From Myxococcales bacterium (GTDB taxonomy: Bacteria; Myxococcota_A; Bradymonadia; UBA7976; UBA1532): 64,000 nucleotides of DNA. The notes beneath the pieces are model-generated. The model was given only the letters and a program-made list of their open reading frames with translations, did not search any database and was not told where the DNA came from. Of this stretch, positions 1-8,327 are shown one piece after another. Position 1 is the first letter of the stretch. Every line of letters begins with the position of its first letter. The position numbers were made by a program, and so were the translations under genes. The stretch is taken from positions 21,701 through 85,700 of the forward strand of contig SHZC01000001.1 of NCBI GenBank assembly GCA_009692505.1, given 5' to 3'.

Positions 1-453
1 ACGGTGGGTCTGGACGAGGCGTCCTTCGAGCGGACGTGGGAGCGGCTCCTTGCCCTTCGCCAGCGTGAAGGCGTGACGCTCCTGCTCACCACCCACCGCC
101 CCGAGGAGGCGGCCCGCTGCGATCGTCTCGCGCTGCTGGACCAAGGCAAGGTGCTCGCCATTGATACGCCGGAGAAGTTCAAGGCCGCGATCTCGGGCGA
201 CATTATCACGCTCGTGGGTAAGGCCCCGGATGAGCTCGCAGAGGTGCTCCTCTCGCGCTTCTCGCTGACCGCGCGTCGGACCGATGAGGGCGTCGTCGTC
301 GTCGTGGACCGCGGGCACGAGTGGATCCCGAGGCTCGTGGAGGCCCTGCCCTACGGCCGACTGTCCTCAGTCAGCCTCAAACGACCCTCCATGGCCGACG
401 TCTTCCTGAAGCTGTCGGGCCGCACGCTGTTTGATCTTCCGGGGTCCGTATGA
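1..453 (+). CDS. ABC transporter ATP-binding protein (DrrA/ABC-2 type), 5'-truncated by window edge
   Basis: Begins at the D-loop (TVGLD), has the H-loop LLTTH and the C-terminal 'RPSMADVFLKLSG' typical of DrrA-type ATPases; ATGA overlap with the permease. Confidence 0.9.
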   Translation, partial: TVGLDEASFERTWERLLALRQREGVTLLLTTHRPEEAARCDRLALLDQGKVLAIDTPEKFKAAISGDIITLVGKAPDELAEVLLSRFSLTARRTDEGVVVVVDRGHEWIPRLVEALPYGRLSSVSLKRPSMADVFLKLSGRTLFDLPGSV

Positions 454-1268
454 GCCACTTCGCCCAAAAAATCGCCCACAACTTCGCCGATGACCTCGCG
501 ACCGTCTCGGTCCTCTGGCAGCGCGATCTGCTCCGTTTCCTGCGCCAGCCCTCCCGCCTCGTCGGGGCGCTGATGCAGCCGCTCGTGTTCTGGTTCGTGA
601 TCGGCGGCGGCCTGGCCTCCACGTTCCGGTTCGGCGCCGAGCCGGGCGTCGGTTATATGCAGTACTTCTTCCCGGGCATCGTCGTGATGATGGTCCTCTT
701 CGCCAGCATCTTCGGGACGATCACGGTCATCGAGGACCGGCACGCCGGCTTCCTCCAGTCGGTGCTCGTCGCGCCCGGATCACGCACGGCGGTCGTCATC
801 GGGAAGAGCCTCGGCGTCTCGAGTGTCGGGCTGCTCCAGGCCACCGCGTTCCTGCTGCTCGCCCCGGTGGGTGGGTTTGGCTTCGCTCAGATTGACTGGC
901 TCGTCCTCGCGTCGTTCCTCGTCGTCGGCGCGGTCGGGCTGTCGTCGTTCGGCTTCGCCCTCGCCTGGCTGACCGACAGCTCTCAGGCCTACCACGCCGT
1001 AATGAGCATCCTGCTCCTGCCCATGTGGATCCTGTCCGGCGCGATGTTCCCCCCGAGCGACGACCACCCGGTCTTGCAGACGCTCATGCACTACAACCCC
1101 ATGAGCTACATGGTCAGCGGGGTCCGGCACGCCCTGCACGCCTCCGACATCAACGGCGCGAGCTGGACAACATTGTCAGGTAGCTTGACGATCGACTTCA
1201 TCTGGGTCTTCGTCTTCGCGGCCTTCTCTGTCGCCGCCGCCACGATCTTGATACACCGACGCCGATGA
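450..1268 (+). CDS. ABC-2 type transporter permease
   Basis: About 6 TM helices; motifs 'YFFPGIVVM', 'IEDRHAGFLQSVLVAP', 'LSGAMFP', 'NPMSYMVSGVR'. Confidence 0.92.
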   Translation: MSHFAQKIAHNFADDLATVSVLWQRDLLRFLRQPSRLVGALMQPLVFWFVIGGGLASTFRFGAEPGVGYMQYFFPGIVVMMVLFASIFGTITVIEDRHAGFLQSVLVAPGSRTAVVIGKSLGVSSVGLLQATAFLLLAPVGGFGFAQIDWLVLASFLVVGAVGLSSFGFALAWLTDSSQAYHAVMSILLLPMWILSGAMFPPSDDHPVLQTLMHYNPMSYMVSGVRHALHASDINGASWTTLSGSLTIDFIWVFVFAAFSVAAATILIHRRR

Positions 1269-1684
1269 ACGACGCGGTCCTCGCCCACATGGCCGCCGCC
1301 TGCAACCTCGTTGCGACGGTGCTGCTCATCCTCGGTCGCCTCGCCATCCGTCGTCGAGACGCTGTGCGGCACAAGCAGCTCATGCTCGCCGCCCTCGCGG
1401 TCAGCGCGGTCTTCCTCGTCGCCTACTTGAGCCGATGGGTCTTGTTCGAGCCCCGCAAGTTCGCCGGCGAAGGGCTCATTCGCGGCGTCTACTTCGCGAT
1501 CCTCGTTCCCCATATGGCGCTCGCCATCCTCGTCGCGCCGCTCGCGATCGGTGCGGCCATGCTCGCCCTCCGCGGGCGTCTGGAGGCCCACCGCCGGCTC
1601 GTCCGCTTCGCCTGGCCGATCTGGGTCTTCGTATCCGTCACCGGCGTGATCGTCTACGGCTTCCTCTACCACCTGCCGGTCTGA
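1265..1684 (+). CDS. DUF420 family membrane protein
   Basis: 4 TM; 'HKQLMLAAL', 'YFAILVPHMALA', 'HRRLVRFAWPIWVFVSVTGVIVY'; ATGA overlap with the permease. Confidence 0.9.
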   Translation: MNDAVLAHMAAACNLVATVLLILGRLAIRRRDAVRHKQLMLAALAVSAVFLVAYLSRWVLFEPRKFAGEGLIRGVYFAILVPHMALAILVAPLAIGAAMLALRGRLEAHRRLVRFAWPIWVFVSVTGVIVYGFLYHLPV

Positions 1685-1711
1685 GCGGTCCAAAGTCACG
1701 CGCCGAGGCTG

Positions 1712-3100
1712 TCAGAAAATGAAGGCCGCCTGAAACGCCGCGGTGAAGTTCGTCGTCTCTTCCAGGCGCAGTCGATGGCCCACCGCGTCGACCGCCTTGA
1801 CGTAGGTGGGGTTCTGCTCGTTGGCGTCGTAGTTGTCGTCGAGCCGAGACTCGACGGTGCCCGAAGCGTCGAGGTCCTCGCCGACGTCCGCCGAGCTCAG
1901 GAAGTGCTCCGTGTCGTGGGCCAGGGACAACGTGGTCCCGAGCTTGAAGAAGCGCGAAGCATAGAAGCCGAGCCCGACGTGCCCGACGACCGTGACATAT
2001 TGCTCAACCGTGCCGAGCCCATCGAAGGGCTGCCCGGCCAGCTCGGACTTGCTGTCTGGGTTGAAGCACGCATGGTTTGCCCCAAGCTCCGGCAACGCTG
2101 CGACGCTCGGATCGCACGGCTGCCCGCCGCTCGCGAAGGCGTCGAAGAGCTCCCCGTAGTCGCGGCCCTCGGCGTGATATTGCGCGCCCAAGCCGACGTC
2201 GACGTAGAGCTTCAGCGAGCGGGGCGGGTGCTCGAACGGGATGATCTCCATGCCCATCTTGAAGCCCGCGACGATGCCCGGGCCGATGCGCTCCTGGGCG
2301 AAGTGGTAGTCCTTGAACAGCGAGCTGGCCGAGGGGAACGAGAACGTCGCGTCGAGGCCGGCGTAAGGCTCCACCCAACGGAGGCGGCGCGAGAGGGCCG
2401 TGCCGATCGTCAGCGCGTGGACCCCGCGTCCAACGCCCTGATTGCCCGCCCTCATCACCTCACCCGTCGGGAGCCGGTAGCCCAGCTCGACCGTCCAGGT
2501 GCCCCGCGCGTCGTCGCGCTCCTGCGAATAAGGCGACCATCGCAGCGCGAGTGCCATGTCCCCGAAGCCGGACCTCGAAGGCAGCTTGGGTGGCACATCG
2601 AAAACGTTCACCGGATCGACGGTCTGCTGCTCACCATTGACGATCTCGGTCCGGGGTCCCGGCGCGACGGTGCTGATCTCCTCGGTCACGGCCACGCCGC
2701 TCAGGCTCCCACCGTTGCCGGCGAACCGCACCTCAGAGGCGTCGTCGAGCACGACCGGCAGCTCCACCCTCAACTCAAGGTCGTGCCAGATGGAGAGTCG
2801 GAGACGCGGCGTCAGGACATGGGTCACGCGCTGGAAGCGGAGCTCCTTCGCGTTGACGCTCTTGCCCACGCCCGGCAGCGCGTTGGGGCAGGTGTCGGGC
2901 GTGGCGGCGGGATCGCAGTAGAACTCGCGGGTGATCTTCGCGCGCCGCAACGATCGGCCGTACTCGATCTCGACGTTCGCGTCGTAGGGATCGTTCACGT
3001 CGGCGGCGTCGATTACGTCGGTCAGCTCTGCCGCGGAGACCGCACCTGGGAGGCAAGACGCGCCAAGCAGGATCGCGAACGGGACGTGTCGATTGCGCAT
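1712..3100 (-). CDS. Secreted protein, probable outer-membrane beta-barrel of unknown function
   Basis: Sec signal ending VSA-A, alternating amphipathic beta-strands, 'GFGDMALALRW' and 'YRLPTG' turns, C-terminal Phe (AAFIF). Confidence 0.7.
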   Translation of the reverse strand: MRNRHVPFAILLGASCLPGAVSAAELTDVIDAADVNDPYDANVEIEYGRSLRRAKITREFYCDPAATPDTCPNALPGVGKSVNAKELRFQRVTHVLTPRLRLSIWHDLELRVELPVVLDDASEVRFAGNGGSLSGVAVTEEISTVAPGPRTEIVNGEQQTVDPVNVFDVPPKLPSRSGFGDMALALRWSPYSQERDDARGTWTVELGYRLPTGEVMRAGNQGVGRGVHALTIGTALSRRLRWVEPYAGLDATFSFPSASSLFKDYHFAQERIGPGIVAGFKMGMEIIPFEHPPRSLKLYVDVGLGAQYHAEGRDYGELFDAFASGGQPCDPSVAALPELGANHACFNPDSKSELAGQPFDGLGTVEQYVTVVGHVGLGFYASRFFKLGTTLSLAHDTEHFLSSADVGEDLDASGTVESRLDDNYDANEQNPTYVKAVDAVGHRLRLEETTNFTAAFQAAFIF

Positions 3101-3148
3101 GGGTGTCTCCCCTAATGTGCCGGTGATCTGCCGAGTCGGCGCGGGACT

Positions 3149-4564
3149 CTACTTCTCGGTCTCCCGCAGCCCAAGTTCCTTCATCTTGATCTGAAGGCTC
3201 TTTCGCGAGATTTCGAGCATACGCGCCGCTCGCGTCACGTTGCCGCCGGTCTCGCCGAGCGCCCGCTCGATCATCTCGCGCTCGACGGCTTGGGTCGTGC
3301 GTCGGACGACGTCTTTCAAGGCGGTCACCCCGACCGGGGCGATGGGCCCCGACCAAGGCGATTGCCCGCCTAACCGACCCGTGAGCTCCGCGGGAAGATC
3401 CGCCGCCCGGATTCGGGGTCCATCGCTGAAGAGCAACGTCCGCTCGACGACGTTCTCCAACTCCCGAATGTTGCCCGGCCACGTGTACCGGGACAGGAGC
3501 TCGAGCGCCTCGTCATCGAAGCCCTCGATGTTCGGCTTGGCGAGCCGCTGCGTGTACTTCTGAAGGAGGTGGGCGACGAGCGCGGGGATATCGGCCGTGC
3601 GGTCGCGGAGCGGGGGCAGCGGGATCGGGACGACGTTGAGGCGGTAGAACAAGTCCTCGCGGAAGCGGCCCTCGGCGACCGCCTTCGCCAGATCCCGGTT
3701 GGTCGCCGCGATGAGGCGGACGTCGACGTGCCGCGTGCTCACGCCCCCAACCCGCTCAAACTCCCGCTCTTGAATCGCCCGGAGCAGCTTGACCTGCATC
3801 TCCGTCGAGACCTCACCGATCTCGTCGAGGAAGAGCGTGCCCGTGTGCGCGAGCTCGAACCGACCCGGCTTGCTGCTCACGGCCCCCGTGAACGCCCCGC
3901 GCTCGTAGCCGAAGAGCTCCGACTCGATGAGCGTGTCCGGGATCGCCGCGCAGTTCACCTTAATGAAGGGTCGCCCCGCGCGCGGGGAGTGCTCGTGCAG
4001 GGCCTTGGCGACCAGCTCCTTGCCGGTGCCACTCTCGCCGGTGATGAGGGCTGTGGACGGGGTCGAGGCGACCTTCTCGACGATCTCGAAGACCCGCTGC
4101 ATGGCGATGGATGTGCCGATGATCCCGAAGCGACCGTGACCCTCCCGTGCCGGCAAGGGCCCGGACTCGGCGCGAGCGAGCTGTCGGGTCCGCACGGCCT
4201 TGGCCACGACGCGGAGCAACATGTCGATGTCGTGTGGCTTCTCGATGAAGTCAAACGCGCCGAGCTTCACGGCCTCGACCGCGGTGTCGATGCTCCCGTG
4301 GGCCGTGAGCATGATCACCGGCAGGCCCGGCCAACGCTGGGCGATACGCCGCAACAGCGTGAGGCCGTCCATGGGGGCCATTCGCAGATCGGTGAGCACC
4401 GCCGCGAACTCCTCCTCGTCAAGGAGATGGAGCGCGTCGCCACCATCCTCAGCGGTCTCGACGACGTAGCCCGCGCGCTCGAGCTGTCTCTGAAGCACCT
4501 TACGCAAGTTGGCCTCATCGTCGACGACGAGGATGCTCTCGGAGGTGGCGGACTTAAGTGGCAT
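3149..4564 (-). CDS. NtrC-family sigma54-dependent response regulator (REC-AAA+-Fis HTH)
   Basis: REC 'ILVVDDE...TDLRM', Walker A GESGTGKE, canonical [24 protein letters not shown]-terminal HTH; start placed at ATG 4564 rather than the ORF-track 4789. Confidence 0.95.
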   Translation of the reverse strand: MPLKSATSESILVVDDEANLRKVLQRQLERAGYVVETAEDGGDALHLLDEEEFAAVLTDLRMAPMDGLTLLRRIAQRWPGLPVIMLTAHGSIDTAVEAVKLGAFDFIEKPHDIDMLLRVVAKAVRTRQLARAESGPLPAREGHGRFGIIGTSIAMQRVFEIVEKVASTPSTALITGESGTGKELVAKALHEHSPRAGRPFIKVNCAAIPDTLIESELFGYERGAFTGAVSSKPGRFELAHTGTLFLDEIGEVSTEMQVKLLRAIQEREFERVGGVSTRHVDVRLIAATNRDLAKAVAEGRFREDLFYRLNVVPIPLPPLRDRTADIPALVAHLLQKYTQRLAKPNIEGFDDEALELLSRYTWPGNIRELENVVERTLLFSDGPRIRAADLPAELTGRLGGQSPWSGPIAPVGVTALKDVVRRTTQAVEREMIERALGETGGNVTRAARMLEISRKSLQIKMKELGLRETEK

Positions 4565-4664
4565 GGGCAGTCGTGCGGAGGTCGCAGGCCGACGTAGCCC
4601 AGACGTGGGCCTAAGCGCAAGCGGAGGAAGGGCCAAGCGCGGACGGCGGGCCGACCTCCCAAGC

Positions 4665-7598
4665 GTGTTAGCCTCGGCGGCCGTGTTGTCTCCTCGGATC
4701 GCCGCCATCGCCGCCGTCGCGTTCGCCGTGCTTGAATCCACGTGCGCCTTGGCCGGTCGGCGGCAGCCGGATTGGCGCACGATCGACACGGCCCACTTCC
4801 AGATCCACTACCCCGTGGGTCTTGAGGCCGTCGCGTTTCGCGCCGCGCGGCTGTGTGAGGACGCCCACGCGGGCCTGACACCCATCCTGCAGCACGTTCC
4901 CAAACAACGGACGCAGGTGGTCATCAGCGACTTCGGCGACTCGGCGAACGGCTCGGCGACCGCCCTGCCGGGTCTCAAAATGAACCTGCTCGCGGCGCCA
5001 CCCGAGATTGACGGCAACCTCGGCGACTACGACGACTGGCTCCGCGTGCTCATCGATCACGAGTACACACACATCCTCCACCTCGACACCGTGAGCGGCT
5101 GGCCCGACCACCTCAACGACCTCATGGGCAAACGCTTCGCCCCCAACCAGAACCTGCCGTCATTCCTCCTCGAGGGCACCGCGGTCTGGCTCGAGAGCCG
5201 GAGGTCCGGGCGGGGTCGGATTTACAACGCGATGTTCCGAGGCTGGCTGAGGCTCGCCGCGCTCTCGGACACCTTGCACGGGCTCGACGTCGTCACGCAC
5301 GCCCCTCGCAGCTTCCCCGGGCCCAACGTCTGGTACATGTACGGCGGCCACTTCATCGACTACCTGAGCCGAGCGCACGACCCGCTCAAGCTCGCGAGCC
5401 TCTTCGCAGCGATGGGCGACGATCTCGTGCCTTTCGGCGTTCAGCGGGCCACCGAGTCGGTCTATGGCCAGACCCTCACGACGCTGTTCCAGGCTTGGCA
5501 GCAGGCGCTCCGAGAGCAGTCCAAGCGCGAGCGTCTGGCGGTCATGAGCGAAGGGCCCATGACCCCGCTCGTCGAGCTGACGACCCTCGGTCGATCGCAT
5601 CAGAACCCGAGGTGGCTCCCGGACGGATCTCTGCTCTCCATCGAGAGCGACGGCTTCTCGACCGGGGCCATCTATCGACGCGAGCCCAAGGATGGATTCA
5701 CGACTCGTCAAGTATACTTGACCATCACCTCGACGGACCACTTCGATGTCTGCGCAGACACCGGTCACCTCATCCTCGACCAGATCGAGACCCATGAGGG
5801 CATGATCAGCGTTTACGACCTCTACCTCTGGGATGGTCTCCGGAAGCGAAGACTCACGCGGGGGGCGCGGCTGCGTGAGCCGGCCTGTCTGCCAGGCGGG
5901 GCGGGCGGGGCAGGCGCGGTGGCGGCTCAGCTCATCGAGGGTCGCACTCGGCTCGTCCAGGTTGACTTCGATGGAGTCACTGAGCAGTCCCGGATCACGG
6001 TCCTCGACGATCCGGGCGGGCTCGGGCAGGTCGCCTTCCCGGTCCCCTCACCCGACGGCCGCAGCGTGGTCTACCTCCGCGTCGTCGAGGGGCGCCGGGA
6101 CCTCGTGAGCCTCGATCGACGCACGGGCGCACGCCGCATCTTGACCGACGACGCCGCGCTCGAGCTCCATCCGCACTTCTCGGCCGCGGGCGATGAGGTG
6201 CTCTATGCGAGTGACCGCACCGGGGTCTTCGAACTCTACGCGCTCCCGCTCGACACGCTCGCGCCCCGCCGCCTCACCCGCGTCCTCGGGGGCCTGCTCG
6301 ACGTCGCCCCCTCGCGAGATGGCCGCCTGCTCATCGCCCAATCCCTCTCCGTCAATGGCACGAACCTGGTCCGACTCGAGGGCGTCCTGAGAAATGAGCT
6401 CACGATGACGGCGGGCCCCACTGCAACACCGTCCGGCACCCAGCCCCGCAAGGCGTCGACGGACGGCCCGCTGCCCACTCGAACGTACGCCCCCGGAGAG
6501 ACGCTGTGGCCGCTCGCGTGGGCTCCGAAGTTCACGTTCTCGAGCGCGCAGGACACCCAGGAACAGCTCGGCATCACGGTCGAGGGCACCGACGCACTAT
6601 CGCACCATGTCCTGCTCGGCGAGTTGGTCACGCTGCCGGAGGCCCAAGCTTACGGCCTGTCGATGGCCTACGCCTATCGCCGCTTCGTCCCGACGCTCTC
6701 TCTCTCGCTGAGTCGCAGCACACGCACGCGGCCGGAGGTCACGGACGTGTTGGCCCCGCCGGTGGCTGCGCGCGACGATGTAAGCCAGCTCGCCGCGGGC
6801 ATCTCTCTGCCGTTCAGCGGCGAGGGCCATGCGGCCAATGTGTCCATGCGCTACGTCGTCACGCGGATCGAACCATTGAGCGTGCCGGCCCACGAGTTCT
6901 CCCCGACCGATGACCCGCCTCCCGTGCGTGAGGTCAGCCGTCAGCCGGACCTCCTCTTGGGCTTTCGCTGGTCCAACGCCGACCGCAATGAGCAGTCGAT
7001 CACGGGCGAGCGCGGTCGGAGCTTCGGCCTGAGCCTGCGACTCCGGGACCGCGCGCTCGGGGGCGAGCAGGAGAGCGCCGAGGTGTACTGGGACGTCACG
7101 CAATACCTGGGGCTTTGGGCCCGTCACGGCCTGGCCCTGCGAACCTCAGGCGCGCTCGCCTCGGACTCGCCGACCCGCCGAGTTCGCTACGGCCTTTCTC
7201 CTGCGCCCGAGCGCAACACCCTGATCGACGCGCTTGACCAGATCGCCTTCGGGAGCGGCTTTCTGCGCGGCTTCGTGCCCAACACCGTCACCGGGAGCGC
7301 GTACCTGCTCTCCACGCTCGAATATCGAATGCCCCTCCTGGCGATAGACCATGGCTTCGGCACCGTGCCGTTCTTCCTCCGGGACGCGCACCTCGCGTTC
7401 TTCTCCGACTGGGCCACGGGCACCGATGGCGCCCTCGAGCTCTGGCCGGGTCAGTTCTCGAAGTCCGTCGGGGCCGAGTTGGCGATGCACGCGATCTTGG
7501 GCTGGCGGCTCCCCTTCGACACCCGCCTCGGCTTCGCGCACGGCTTCGGGGACGGCGGCGAGGACCAAGTTTACTTCTTCACGGGGTCGTGGTTTTGA
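4665..7598 (+). CDS. Omp85/BamA-TamA family outer-membrane protein with N-terminal gluzincin-like peptidase domain and TolB-like (PD40) beta-propeller
   Basis: Hydrophobic signal; '[13 protein letters not shown]'; HEYTH plus downstream '[11 protein letters not shown]'; PD40-like '[10 protein letters not shown]' and '[12 protein letters not shown]'; Omp85 lid motif FLRGF, '[10 protein letters not shown]', C-terminal YFFTGSWF. Start (GTG 4665) is approximate. Confidence 0.8.
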   Translation: MLASAAVLSPRIAAIAAVAFAVLESTCALAGRRQPDWRTIDTAHFQIHYPVGLEAVAFRAARLCEDAHAGLTPILQHVPKQRTQVVISDFGDSANGSATALPGLKMNLLAAPPEIDGNLGDYDDWLRVLIDHEYTHILHLDTVSGWPDHLNDLMGKRFAPNQNLPSFLLEGTAVWLESRRSGRGRIYNAMFRGWLRLAALSDTLHGLDVVTHAPRSFPGPNVWYMYGGHFIDYLSRAHDPLKLASLFAAMGDDLVPFGVQRATESVYGQTLTTLFQAWQQALREQSKRERLAVMSEGPMTPLVELTTLGRSHQNPRWLPDGSLLSIESDGFSTGAIYRREPKDGFTTRQVYLTITSTDHFDVCADTGHLILDQIETHEGMISVYDLYLWDGLRKRRLTRGARLREPACLPGGAGGAGAVAAQLIEGRTRLVQVDFDGVTEQSRITVLDDPGGLGQVAFPVPSPDGRSVVYLRVVEGRRDLVSLDRRTGARRILTDDAALELHPHFSAAGDEVLYASDRTGVFELYALPLDTLAPRRLTRVLGGLLDVAPSRDGRLLIAQSLSVNGTNLVRLEGVLRNELTMTAGPTATPSGTQPRKASTDGPLPTRTYAPGETLWPLAWAPKFTFSSAQDTQEQLGITVEGTDALSHHVLLGELVTLPEAQAYGLSMAYAYRRFVPTLSLSLSRSTRTRPEVTDVLAPPVAARDDVSQLAAGISLPFSGEGHAANVSMRYVVTRIEPLSVPAHEFSPTDDPPPVREVSRQPDLLLGFRWSNADRNEQSITGERGRSFGLSLRLRDRALGGEQESAEVYWDVTQYLGLWARHGLALRTSGALASDSPTRRVRYGLSPAPERNTLIDALDQIAFGSGFLRGFVPNTVTGSAYLLSTLEYRMPLLAIDHGFGTVPFFLRDAHLAFFSDWATGTDGALELWPGQFSKSVGAELAMHAILGWRLPFDTRLGFAHGFGDGGEDQVYFFTGSWF

Positions 7599-7713
7599 AG
7601 CGCCTCCATCTGGCCCTCCGCCTCGGCTTCGCGCACGGCTTCGCGCACGGCGGCGAGGACCAAGTTTACTTCTTCACGGGGTCGTGGTTTTGAAGCGCCT
7701 CGATCTCGCCCTC
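7523..7713 (+). repeat. Tandem direct duplication with 95-bp period spanning the Omp85 stop and the next gene's start
   Basis: 7523-7617 versus 7618-7712 align without gaps with 4 mismatches (ggggac/gcgcac and ccatctgg/cgatctcg). Confidence 0.95.
7595..7693 (+). CDS. Putative 32-aa mini-[35 protein letters not shown] created by the duplication
   Basis: TTG 7595 overlaps the Omp85 TGA; the frame is open to TGA 7691-7693, which overlaps the next gene's TTG 7690; translation is unproven. Confidence 0.4.
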   Translation: MKRLHLALRLGFAHGFAHGGEDQVYFFTGSWF

Positions 7714-8280
7714 GCCTTGGCGCCCCTGCTGATCTACTCGGTGACAGAGGCGGCCTTCGGGGCGGTCGCCGCGCTCGCGGTCACGGTCGTTTACGCCGCC
7801 GTCGAGCTGCTCATCCGATGGGTCCGAACCCGGATCGTCGACCGCCTCTCACTCTTCATGACGGGCTTCATCGTCACGATGGGGGTCTGGTCTTTGGCGG
7901 CCGACGACGAGCGGATCGCCCAGATCGTCCCCATCGTCGGGGATCTCGTGATCATCACGGTGCTTGTCGTCGGGCTCGCTCGGGGTCGCCCGCTGCTCGT
8001 CACGCTCGCCGAGCAGCAGATGCCGGAGCTCGGGGCGGAGCCGGCCGTTCGGGCCTTCCTCAAGGGCGTGACCTGGCGATTCACCGCGGGCCTGTGCCTG
8101 CACGCGCTCGCAACGACCTGGGCCACGCTGTTCGCGCCCGAGGCCTTCTCCTTCGCCGCCGGTCCGCTTCAGTACTTGATCTTCGGGCTCCAGTTCGGCA
8201 TCGAGTTCCTCCTTTCGCGCCGCCTGCCCCGTCCCCCGGAGGAGACGCCGGCGTCCGGGGGCACGCCGAGTTGCGACTGA
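7690..8280 (+). CDS. YciB/IspZ (septation protein A)-like inner-membrane protein
   Basis: 5-6 TM helices; 'MGVWSLAADDERIAQIVP...GRPLL' resembles the YciB core; start TTG 7690 lies in the second repeat copy. Confidence 0.65.
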   Translation: MKRLDLALALAPLLIYSVTEAAFGAVAALAVTVVYAAVELLIRWVRTRIVDRLSLFMTGFIVTMGVWSLAADDERIAQIVPIVGDLVIITVLVVGLARGRPLLVTLAEQQMPELGAEPAVRAFLKGVTWRFTAGLCLHALATTWATLFAPEAFSFAAGPLQYLIFGLQFGIEFLLSRRLPRPPEETPASGGTPSCD

Positions 8281-8327
8281 CGGCCCCCCCTCGGCATACT
8301 GTTGGCCGCCATTTTTCGGGGTTCAAA

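Noticed and set aside
7818-8327. N-terminal extensions in the ORF track (e.g. starts at 7818, 7351, 4789, 43966, 58320, 63746)
   Set aside because: They overlap neighbouring real genes; RBS, signal peptides and family starts support the shorter calls
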